A stretch of DNA of 64,000 nt from Myxococcota bacterium (GTDB lineage: Bacteria > Myxococcota_A > UBA9160 > UBA4427). Positions 29,814 to 38,049 of the stretch are shown one piece after another. The translations under genes were made by a program, and so were the position numbers. The notes beneath the pieces were generated by a model, which saw only the letters and a list, made by a program, of their open reading frames with translations, was not told the origin of the DNA and made no database searches. Positions within the stretch are counted from its first letter, which is position 1. The number at the start of each line of letters is the position of its first letter. The stretch spans positions 5,152,001-5,216,000 of the forward strand of contig OZ252299.1 in NCBI GenBank assembly GCA_965250285.1, written 5' to 3'.

Positions 29814-30056
29814 CTAGTCGCCCGCCGCGTTGAGGATGGCGCTCAGGTCGACGACCGAAATCACGCCGTCGCCGTCGACATCGGCCTCGGCGACGAAGCC
29901 GTCGTCGCCCTCGGTCGCGTTGATCAAGCCGCGGGCACATTCGGCGTCGGCGGTCGTGACGTTGCCGTCGCCGTCACAGTCGCCCGAACCGCCAGCCCAT
30001 GCGGGAGCGGCCAGCATCAGGCCGAGCGCGCACAGGATCGAAAGCAAACGAAGCAT
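29814..30056 (-). CDS. Small secreted stand-alone dockerin-like protein (80 aa)
   Basis: Signal peptide (AWA) then GDCDGDGNVTTADA...ADVDGDGVISVVDLSAIL: two Ca-binding loop-helix repeats. Confidence 0.8.
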   Translation of the reverse strand: MLRLLSILCALGLMLAAPAWAGGSGDCDGDGNVTTADAECARGLINATEGDDGFVAEADVDGDGVISVVDLSAILNAAGD

Positions 30057-30263
30057 CGTGGTTCCCCCAGTGAATCGCTGTTGGCGAGTCGGCAGAATAC
30101 TACAGGTTCGCGCGAATCTGCACCCGATCGGGCAGCGCGAGCCGTGCTTCCGAAGCCGAGCACGCACCGCATGAGATCGGCACGAACGTGCGTGGCGTTG
30201 ACCGAATTCGGCGAATCGAACGAGTGATCCAGGCGATCGATTTCGCCCTTCGGGGTGAAGCGC

Positions 30264-31178
30264 CTACTGCACTTCGACGACGACCTCTGAGACGGCTTCG
30301 CGCACGCCCGCGTCGGGATGATCCTTCAGCTTGAGAATTTCGGGGATCGTCGACCCGCGTCCAATGCGGCCGAGCTGACGAACGGCTTCGGCCACGATGA
30401 CGGGATCGCCATCGCTGAGCGAGTCGAGCAGCTCGGGGACCGCGAGCTCGGGGTCGACTTCACCGAGCTGACGCACGGCCCAGACTCGCATCTTCACCGG
30501 TAGCTCGGTCTTGGTGCGTGCGGTTCGCAGGGTCTCGAGCGTCTTCTTCTTCTCGTCGGGTGTCGTACCGAGCTGGTCGCCCGTGAGAATCGGATAAGCG
30601 GCCTCCGGCACGTCGCCCCCGGTGGTGCCCGCCTGGGGCTGCGCTGGGCGCGGCGTCGGGGTCGGCTGCGGAGTCGGTGCGACCGGCTCGGCCACGGGTG
30701 CTTGCCCCGACTCGCCGACCGCCATCCACGACATCGCAGCCTCCGACTCGAGCAGCCAGGTGCGACCCGTCGCCCGGTCGACGCGCATCAGCGGCGGCGA
30801 ATCGGCCCCCGCGCCCAGGCGGTTGCTCCGCGGCGGCGGGACGTTCATCACCTGGAAGCGGCCGTTTCGCGCGGGCTCGTCCCCGAGGTCGGGGGCCGCG
30901 CCCCGGGGTTCCCAGCCACCGTCGCCATTGACGGGAACGGTCCAGACCTGCCCCGTGCTCGTGTCGACGCGCACGAGGCCGAGGCGCGCGCGCACGAAGA
31001 CGAAGCGTTCGGGCCCGCCCCCGTTTCCGGCGCTGGGGGCGGTCGACTGAGGGCCGCAGCCCGCCAGAAGCGCGCCCACGAGCGCCATCACGAGCAGGCC
31101 CGCCCCGCGGCGCCACCGGCCGAGCCGGCGCCCTGTGGCGGCCGAGGAGGGTTGGATCGAGCGGTCGGACGCGTTCAT
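30264..31178 (-). CDS. Lipoprotein with C-terminal HEAT repeats
   Basis: Lipobox LLAGC; MRVWAVRQLG, VAEAVRQLG, DAGVREAV HEAT-like helices. Confidence 0.75.
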   Translation of the reverse strand: MNASDRSIQPSSAATGRRLGRWRRGAGLLVMALVGALLAGCGPQSTAPSAGNGGGPERFVFVRARLGLVRVDTSTGQVWTVPVNGDGGWEPRGAAPDLGDEPARNGRFQVMNVPPPRSNRLGAGADSPPLMRVDRATGRTWLLESEAAMSWMAVGESGQAPVAEPVAPTPQPTPTPRPAQPQAGTTGGDVPEAAYPILTGDQLGTTPDEKKKTLETLRTARTKTELPVKMRVWAVRQLGEVDPELAVPELLDSLSDGDPVIVAEAVRQLGRIGRGSTIPEILKLKDHPDAGVREAVSEVVVEVQ

Positions 31179-31355
31179 GAGGTCTCCCGAGAAGGATGTC
31201 GCCGCTACCCCCGAGGGGCAGGTTCGACGGTGGGCCTGAGCATGCCACAAAACGACCGCGTCTTGGACGTTCTCGAGCGCGGGCTCGAGAACGTGCCGCG
31301 ATCGCAGCGCGCTTCGTCGCCTGGCTCGGGTGCGGTGGGGGCCCGCCCGGTCTGG

Positions 31356-34300
31356 TCAGGCGCGGTTGATGCCGACCGTCACGGTCTCGCCGCCGATCTC
31401 GGCCCGATGCTCGTGTTCGGTGGCCCGCCCCGTCCCATCGAAGGCGAGCGCGGTCGCCAGCGTGGCCTCGCTCACGTCGCTGCGAAACCGATCGACGGCG
31501 ATCTGCCAGGGCTCGCTCAGCCCGAGCTGAAGCTCGATGCGATCGGAGACGTGGAGCCCCGCCTCCTTGCGCGCCTGCTGGATCACGCGGATCACGTCGC
31601 GGGCCATGCCCTCTTCGACGAGCTCCGGCGTGAGCTCGAGATCGAGCACGACGATCGCATCGTTGCCCGGCAGGGCGTGGCAGGCGACCCCTTCCTTCGG
31701 CGTGAGCGTCAGATCGTACTCGGCCGGCTCGAGTCGGTGGCCGGCGACCTCGACGCCGTCGCCGTCGCTCTGCCACTCGCCCTTCTTGGCCGCAGCGAGC
31801 ACCGTCTTCATCTCACCGCCGAGGCGCGGACCCAGCACCCGGGCGTTGACCTTCAGGCCGAACGTCGCATACGCCTCGATCGAGTCGCCCAGCTCGACCG
31901 CCTTGACGTTCACCTCGTCGGCGATCAGGTCGAGGTGGGGCGCGATGCGATCGGTGCCCGCGCCGACGACGGTGAGCTTCGCGAGCGGCTGGCGCACGCG
32001 CGCATTGTGATCGGCACGCAGCGCGAGCGCGGCCGAGCAGACGTCGCGCACGCGGTCCATATCGGCGACGAGCTTCTCGTCCGCGGCGTCTGCGGTGAGC
32101 GTCGGCCAGTCCTGCAGGTGCACGCTCGCTTCGCCGGTGAGCCCCGTGTGGATCTCTTCGGTGATCATCGGCAGCAAGGGGCTCGCGACGCGACACAGCA
32201 CGACGAGCGCCGTATAGAGCGTGTCGTAGGCGTCGCGCTTGTCGGCTTCGTCCTCCGAACCCCAGAAGCGTTCGCGACTGCGGCGGATGTACCAGTTGTT
32301 CAGCGCATCGATGAACGCGAGCACATGCTGGCAGGCGGCGCCGAGGTCGTATGCATCGAGGTCGCGCTCGATACCGCGCACGAGCTCTTCGGTCTTCGCG
32401 AGGATGTAGCGGTCGAGCAGACGCTCGCTGTCGACGCGCAGGCTCGCCTTCACGCCATCGGTGTTCGCGTACATCGTGAAGAACGAGTACGCGTTCCAGA
32501 TCGGGTTGATCACCAGGCGCACGGCGTCGGCGATCTGCTTGGCGTCTTGGTGGATGCGCAGATCACCCCCGCGCACGACGGGCGACGAGATCAGAAACCA
32601 GCGCAGCGCATCGGAGCCGATCGACTCGAAGACCTCTTCGGGGTCGGGGTAGTTGCGCAGCCGCTTGGAGAGCTTCTTGCCGTCTTCGGCCAGGACGACG
32701 CCGTGGCAGAGGCAGTTCTTGAAAGGTGGTCGGTCGAAGAGTGCCGTCGACAGCACCATCATCACGTAGAACCAGCCGCGGGTCTGCGCCTGATACTCGG
32801 TGATGAAGTCGGCCGGAAAGTGATCCTCGAACCACTCCTTGTTCTCGAACGGGTAGTGCACCTGGGCGAAGGGCATCGAGCCCGAGTCGAACCAGACGTC
32901 GAGTACCTCGGGCACGCGGCGCATCATGCTCTGGCCCGTCGGATCGTCGGGGTTCGGGCGCACGAGCTCGTCGATCGTCGGTCGGTGCAGGTCGTCGAGC
33001 TTGACGCCGAAGTCGGCCTCGAGCTCTTCGATGCTGCCGTAGACGTCCATGCGCGGGTAGTTCGGATCGTCGCTCTTCCAGACGGGGATCGGCGTGCCCC
33101 AGAAGCGATTGCGTGAGATCGCCCAGTCGCGAGCGCCCTCGAGCCATTTACCGAAGAGCCCGTCGCGCACGTTCTCGGGGATCCAGTTGATCTGCTCGTT
33201 CAGCTCGACCATGCGCTCGCGCACCGAGACGACGTCGACGTACCAGCTGTTGAGCGCCTTGTAGATGAGGGGTGTGTCCGTCCGCCAGCAATGCGGGTAG
33301 TTGTGGACGTAGCTCTCTTCCTTGAAGACCTTCTCGCGCTCGCGCAGGGCGCGGATGATCGGCGTGTTCGCGTCGAAGACCTGCACGCCCTGCCAGTCGG
33401 GCACCTCGGTCGTGAACTTGCCCTCGTCGTCGACCGGGCACACGACGCCGATGCCCGCAGCCTCGCAGGTCGCCATGTCGTCTTCGCCGAAGCCCGGCGC
33501 GAGGTGCACCGTGCCCGTGCCCTCGTCGGTGTTGACGAACTCGGCCGACAAGACGCGGAAGGCGTTCTCGGTGTCGGCGAAGTAGGGAAAGAGCGGCTCG
33601 TAGGTGCGACCGACGAGGTCGCGGCCCATGACGGTGCCGACGGGCTCGAGATCGCCCAGCTCCTTCTCGAACTTGCCGCGGGCTTCGGCGCCGACGATGA
33701 AGCGGCGGCCGTCTTGCTCGAAGATCGCGTATTCGATCTCGTCTCCGACGGCGAGGGCGAGGTTCGAGGGCAGGGTCCAGGGTGTCGTCGTCCACGCGAG
33801 CAGATCGACGGGCGTGTCTTCGCCGTCGACCGGATGCAGCGTGAAGCGCACGGTGATCGCCGGGTCCTGGCGCTCGCGGTACGAGTCGTCGAGTCGGGTC
33901 TCGTGGAGCGAGAGCGGCGTCTGCGCCTTCCACGAGTAGGGCATGACCTTGTAGCCCTCGTAGAGCAGCCCCTTCTCGTGCAGCTGCTTGACGGCCCAGA
34001 TCACGCTCTCCATGTAGGTCAGGTCGAGCGTCTTGTAGTCGTTCTCGAAATCGACCCAGCGTGCGGCGCGGTTGACGTAGCGCTCCCACTCGCGCGTGTA
34101 CTTGAGCACCGACGTGCGGCAGTGATCGTTGAACTTCGCGATGCCGTAGTCGATGATCTGCTGTCGGCCACTGACGCCGAGCTCCTTCTCGGTCTCCATC
34201 TCGGCCGGCAGCCCGTGGCAGTCCCAGCCGAAGCGGCGCTCGACCCGGTGGCCCTTGAGCGTCTGGTACCGCGGGATCACGTCCTTGATGTACGACGTGA

Positions 34301-34502
34301 TCAGGTGGCCGTAGTGCGGCAGACCGTTCGCGAACGGCGGACCGTCGTAGAAGACGAACTCGTTGGCGCCGCCCTCACCGGTCGGCCGATCCTCGACGGA
34401 ATGCTGGAAGGTGCGCTCGGCCATCCACCGCTCGATCACCGCCCGCTCGAGCTCGGGAAAGCTCGGCTGGGGGTCGACGTCGGGATAGGCTTTCGTCGTC
34501 AT
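31356..34502 (-). CDS. ileS: Isoleucine--tRNA ligase (type 2)
   Basis: FYDGPPFANGLPHYGH, GWDCHGLP, WTTTPWTLP, DWAISRNRFWGTPIP, QTRGWF, KLSKR; C-terminus ARDVIRVIQQARK. Confidence 0.98.
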   Translation of the reverse strand: MTTKAYPDVDPQPSFPELERAVIERWMAERTFQHSVEDRPTGEGGANEFVFYDGPPFANGLPHYGHLITSYIKDVIPRYQTLKGHRVERRFGWDCHGLPAEMETEKELGVSGRQQIIDYGIAKFNDHCRTSVLKYTREWERYVNRAARWVDFENDYKTLDLTYMESVIWAVKQLHEKGLLYEGYKVMPYSWKAQTPLSLHETRLDDSYRERQDPAITVRFTLHPVDGEDTPVDLLAWTTTPWTLPSNLALAVGDEIEYAIFEQDGRRFIVGAEARGKFEKELGDLEPVGTVMGRDLVGRTYEPLFPYFADTENAFRVLSAEFVNTDEGTGTVHLAPGFGEDDMATCEAAGIGVVCPVDDEGKFTTEVPDWQGVQVFDANTPIIRALREREKVFKEESYVHNYPHCWRTDTPLIYKALNSWYVDVVSVRERMVELNEQINWIPENVRDGLFGKWLEGARDWAISRNRFWGTPIPVWKSDDPNYPRMDVYGSIEELEADFGVKLDDLHRPTIDELVRPNPDDPTGQSMMRRVPEVLDVWFDSGSMPFAQVHYPFENKEWFEDHFPADFITEYQAQTRGWFYVMMVLSTALFDRPPFKNCLCHGVVLAEDGKKLSKRLRNYPDPEEVFESIGSDALRWFLISSPVVRGGDLRIHQDAKQIADAVRLVINPIWNAYSFFTMYANTDGVKASLRVDSERLLDRYILAKTEELVRGIERDLDAYDLGAACQHVLAFIDALNNWYIRRSRERFWGSEDEADKRDAYDTLYTALVVLCRVASPLLPMITEEIHTGLTGEASVHLQDWPTLTADAADEKLVADMDRVRDVCSAALALRADHNARVRQPLAKLTVVGAGTDRIAPHLDLIADEVNVKAVELGDSIEAYATFGLKVNARVLGPRLGGEMKTVLAAAKKGEWQSDGDGVEVAGHRLEPAEYDLTLTPKEGVACHALPGNDAIVVLDLELTPELVEEGMARDVIRVIQQARKEAGLHVSDRIELQLGLSEPWQIAVDRFRSDVSEATLATALAFDGTGRATEHEHRAEIGGETVTVGINRA

Positions 34503-34695
34503 GACGGCTCCGGAGCGGTGGTTTGCAAAGCCACGCGCGGCGGCTCGGCGGATCGGGCGGGGCGCGTTGGGGGGCGGCATCGGATCGCGACGCCGCCTCG
34601 AAGGCCACGCCGCGGCGCCGGAGAATACACCAGGGTGTCGCGCAACGTCTCGGATCCGCGGGTCTTTTCGGATCGAGTCGAAGCGGGGCCAGGGC

Positions 34696-35214
34696 TCAGA
34701 TCAGCTCGGGGATGTCGTCGGGCGCCGCTTCGATGATCGCCCGCGCGATGCCGTAGCCGAAGCCGCGGCGACCGAGCGCGGCGAGATCGCGCTCGCGGTG
34801 CGCTTCGCGCTGTACCTCGTCGAGGCGAAACGGACCGATCCGGCGTCGGCGCGCGTAGCGCCAGGCGGCCTCCGCCTCGGCGCCGGCGGCCTGGTCCTCT
34901 TCGAGCAGGGCCTCGATCAGCTCCCCCTCGAGGCCTTTCTGCCGGAGCTTCGCGGCGAGCTCGCGCCTGGACGCGCCGCGCCCCCGGCCTCGGCGCACGA
35001 GCGAGGCGCCGTAGCGTCGGTCGTCGAGGTAGCCGAGCTGCTCGAGGCGCTCCAGCAGGGCCTCGAGCGGGGCCTCGAACTCGGCCGGATCCTGCTCATG
35101 GTGCTCGCAGCTGCGCGCGATGCGTCGCCGAAGCACCTGCCGCAGATTCGCCTTCGACGAGCCGTGGCGCTGCAGGTGGGCCACCGCGATGCGCTCGAGC
35201 CTCGCGGGGTTCAT
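34696..35214 (-). CDS. recX: RecX-family regulatory protein
   Basis: GYLDDRRY, KLRQKG, YARRRRIGP, LGRRGF; true start may be further upstream. Confidence 0.85.
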   Translation of the reverse strand: MNPARLERIAVAHLQRHGSSKANLRQVLRRRIARSCEHHEQDPAEFEAPLEALLERLEQLGYLDDRRYGASLVRRGRGRGASRRELAAKLRQKGLEGELIEALLEEDQAAGAEAEAAWRYARRRRIGPFRLDEVQREAHRERDLAALGRRGFGYGIARAIIEAAPDDIPELI

Positions 35215-35534
35215 CTTGCGCGGCGGCTTGGGGCCGCGTCGCCGGGGTTGCTCGCCGGACCCGCTCGGCTGCCCGGTCCGGGTCGATCGCGCGGAGGGTG
35301 TCGGGCTGAGGGCCAAGGTGAGGGTTCGGCTCCGGGTTGCGATGCGAGCGAGCGCGGGGTCGCTCGACGTTCTAGATCGCCGGGCCCCCCGCGTCAATCG
35401 ACCAGGGGCCCGGCGTCGACCGAGCATCGCCCGCGGCCGGCTTGGTCGCGGCCGCCCGCGAACGCTATTGCTTGCTCGCAACCGCGCGTGTCCAGGGTGG
35501 ACACGCGGGCCCGCCCTCGCACGCCCGAGCCCCC

Positions 35535-36410
35535 ATGCCCGAGCTCCCTGAAGTCGAGATCACGCGCCGCCGCATCGAGCCGCTGCTCGCCGGGCGCAAG
35601 ATCGAGCGCGTCCACACGACCGCCGACTCGTACTTCTTCATCACGGGGGCGCGGCGCCTGTCGCGTGAGCTGGCGGGTCGCACCGTCACGCGACTCGAGC
35701 GCGCGGGCAAATATCTGGTCGCGCGGCTCGATGACGAGCGGCGGCTGCTGCTCCATCTCGGGATGACCGGCCAGCTCTTCGGCAGCCACGCCGCGAGCGT
35801 ACGGCTGCTCTCGGCGACGGCCCGCGCGTCGCTCTCGCCCGAAGAGCAGCACCAGTTCGAGCCCGACGCGCACACGCACATGCGGTTCTGCTTTGCCGAT
35901 GGGGGCGAAGAGGTCTTCTTCCGCGACGTGCGCAAGTTCGGCAAGGTGCAGCTCGTCGAGGCCGGCGAGCCGAACGAGCGGCTCGATCGGCTCGGGCCCG
36001 ACGCGCTCGGTGCGACGGGTGAGCTGCTCTTCACCGCTTCGCGCAAGCGCAAGGTCGCCTCGAAGTCGCTGCTGCTCGATCAGGCCGTGCTCGCCGGGGT
36101 CGGCAACATCTACGCCGACGAGGCGCTCTTTCTGGCAGGGGTGCGTCCGGGGCGGCGGGCCGCACGGCTCACGCGGCGCGACTGCGATGCCCTGGCCGAG
36201 GGTCTCGTGCGGGTGCTCAACCGGTCGATCGAGACCGGTGGGTCGAGCATCAGCGACTACGTCGCCCCGGACGGCAGCGACGGGGCGTATCAGGACGAGC
36301 GCCGCGTCTACGCCCGTACGGGCGAGCCCTGCCGCACCTGTGGCACCCCGATCAAGCGCAAGGTCATCGGCCAGCGCAGCTCGCACTACTGTCCGCAGTG
36401 TCAGCGGTGA
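35535..36410 (+). CDS. mutM: Formamidopyrimidine-DNA glycosylase (Fpg)
   Basis: MPELPEVE start, RAGKY, HLGMTG, DVRKFG, GVGNIYADE, C-terminal CRTC...CPQCQ zinc finger. Confidence 0.98.
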   Translation: MPELPEVEITRRRIEPLLAGRKIERVHTTADSYFFITGARRLSRELAGRTVTRLERAGKYLVARLDDERRLLLHLGMTGQLFGSHAASVRLLSATARASLSPEEQHQFEPDAHTHMRFCFADGGEEVFFRDVRKFGKVQLVEAGEPNERLDRLGPDALGATGELLFTASRKRKVASKSLLLDQAVLAGVGNIYADEALFLAGVRPGRRAARLTRRDCDALAEGLVRVLNRSIETGGSSISDYVAPDGSDGAYQDERRVYARTGEPCRTCGTPIKRKVIGQRSSHYCPQCQR

Positions 36411-36522
36411 GCACCCGCGCGGCGCGCCCCCGATTTCGCTTCATGCGCGATCGAAGTGCCGCCGGCGCGGTGGGCCGCGTATGCTCCGGTCGTGCAGACC
36501 CGACGTCTTCAGGATCTCCGCC

Positions 36523-38049
36523 GTGCTGTCGCTGCGTGAGCTGAGGCGGGCCGCGGCGATCCTCGATCGCGACTTCGCCGATGCCCGCGTCGAACGCTGG
36601 GTGCAGCCCGACCGCACGCGCGTGGCCGTGCAGCTCTACGTCCGACGCGGCGATCAGAAGCGCAAGAGCGTGATCGAGCTGAGCGTCGAGGACGGTCTCG
36701 CCCGCGTGGCCGAGCTCGCGCGCATGCCGAAGGCGCCGCAGAACATGCCGGCCTTTGCGGCCTGGCTGCGCAGTCACCTGTCGCGCGGGCGGCTGATCTC
36801 GGCGGGGCTCTCACCGCACGAACGCGAGCTGCGCCTGGCCTTCGAGTCCGAGGAGGGACGCTCGACGCTGCTGCTCGCGATCTTCGGGCGCCGCAGCAAC
36901 CTCTACGTGCTCGACGGCGACGACCGCGTGCTGCTCTCGCTGCGGCCGCTCTCCGAGACGCGCCCCGAGCTCGAGGCGGGCGAGGTCTATGCATCCCCCG
37001 AGAGCGGCTTGCCGCGCGAGGGCGACGACCGCTTCGAGGGGGTCGCCGACGACGCATTGCTCGCTGCGATCGGCGACGCCTATGCCGAAGAGCAGGCCGA
37101 CCGAGAAGAGGAGAGCCTCGAACGCAGCCTGCGCCAGCTGCTCAAGCGCGAGCGCAAGAGCGCAGAGCGTCGGTTGAATCGCCTCGAGGCCGAGCTCGCC
37201 GAGGCCGATCAGGCGAGCGCGCTGCAGCGGCATGGAGAGCTGCTGAAAGGATCGCTCGGGCGCATCGAGCCGGGCGCTTCGGAGATCGAGCTCGACGACT
37301 ACGAGACCGGCGAGAAGGTGACGGTGCCGCTCGACCCGAAGCGCACGCCGAAAGAGAACCTCGACGCGACGTTCAAGCGCTATCAGAAGCTGTTGCGGCG
37401 TCTCACGAAGGCGGGTGGGCAGGTCGATGACGCGCGCGGCTGGGTCGAGCGGGTCGCCGGCTTCGAGGCTCAGCTCGCGGCGATCGCCGACAGGCCCGAG
37501 GCCGAGCGAGGGGAGGCGCTCGCCGGGCTCGCTGCCGAGCCCGAGCTCGCGAAGCTCCTCGAGCGCAGCGAGCTGCGGGCGCTCCCGCCGTCTGCGCGTG
37601 CCAAGGAAGAGAAGGCAAAGCTGCCGGGTCGCCTCAAGAACCTGCCGACCAAGCTCGTGCCCAAGCGGTATGTCAGCGCCGATGGGCTCGAGATCTGGGT
37701 CGGCAAGAGCGACGAAGCCAACGACCATCTGTCGACCCGACTCGCCCGCGGCAACGATCTCTTCTTTCACCTCGACGGTGCGCCGGGCAGCCACGTGATC
37801 CTGTGCGTCGAGCGCGGCGCCGAGGCGCCCCAGAACTCGTTGCTCGACGCGTGCGAGCTCGCGGCCCACTTCTCGAAGCAGCGCAACGCCGCGCACGCCG
37901 ACGTGCACGTCGTGCCGATCAAGAACGTGAAGAAGCCGAAGGGGGCCAAGCCCGGGCTGGTCTACGTGACCGGCGGGCGCTCGATCCATCTGCGACGCGA
38001 GGCCGAGCGGCTCGAGCGCCTGCTCGCCTCGCGCATCGACGCGAGCTAG
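36523..38049 (+). CDS. rqcH: NFACT/FbpA-family ribosome quality control protein
   Basis: NFACT-N (IFGRRSNL), coiled coil, VPLDPKRTPKEN, NFACT-R (IWVGKSDEAND, FFH...PGSHV, KKPKGAKPG); start 36523 or 36481. Confidence 0.88.
   Translation: MLSLRELRRAAAILDRDFADARVERWVQPDRTRVAVQLYVRRGDQKRKSVIELSVEDGLARVAELARMPKAPQNMPAFAAWLRSHLSRGRLISAGLSPHERELRLAFESEEGRSTLLLAIFGRRSNLYVLDGDDRVLLSLRPLSETRPELEAGEVYASPESGLPREGDDRFEGVADDALLAAIGDAYAEEQADREEESLERSLRQLLKRERKSAERRLNRLEAELAEADQASALQRHGELLKGSLGRIEPGASEIELDDYETGEKVTVPLDPKRTPKENLDATFKRYQKLLRRLTKAGGQVDDARGWVERVAGFEAQLAAIADRPEAERGEALAGLAAEPELAKLLERSELRALPPSARAKEEKAKLPGRLKNLPTKLVPKRYVSADGLEIWVGKSDEANDHLSTRLARGNDLFFHLDGAPGSHVILCVERGAEAPQNSLLDACELAAHFSKQRNAAHADVHVVPIKNVKKPKGAKPGLVYVTGGRSIHLRREAERLERLLASRIDAS

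Noticed and set aside
18477..33116. Very long opposite-strand ORFs (18477-21950 -, 22243-25077 -, 30702-33116 +) and many similar ones
   Set aside because: They are antisense shadows of well-supported genes, Arg/Ala/Gly-rich with no motifs, as expected in high-GC DNA.
34503..34695. T-box riboswitch upstream of ileS
   Set aside because: No T-box consensus or terminator/antiterminator is visible.
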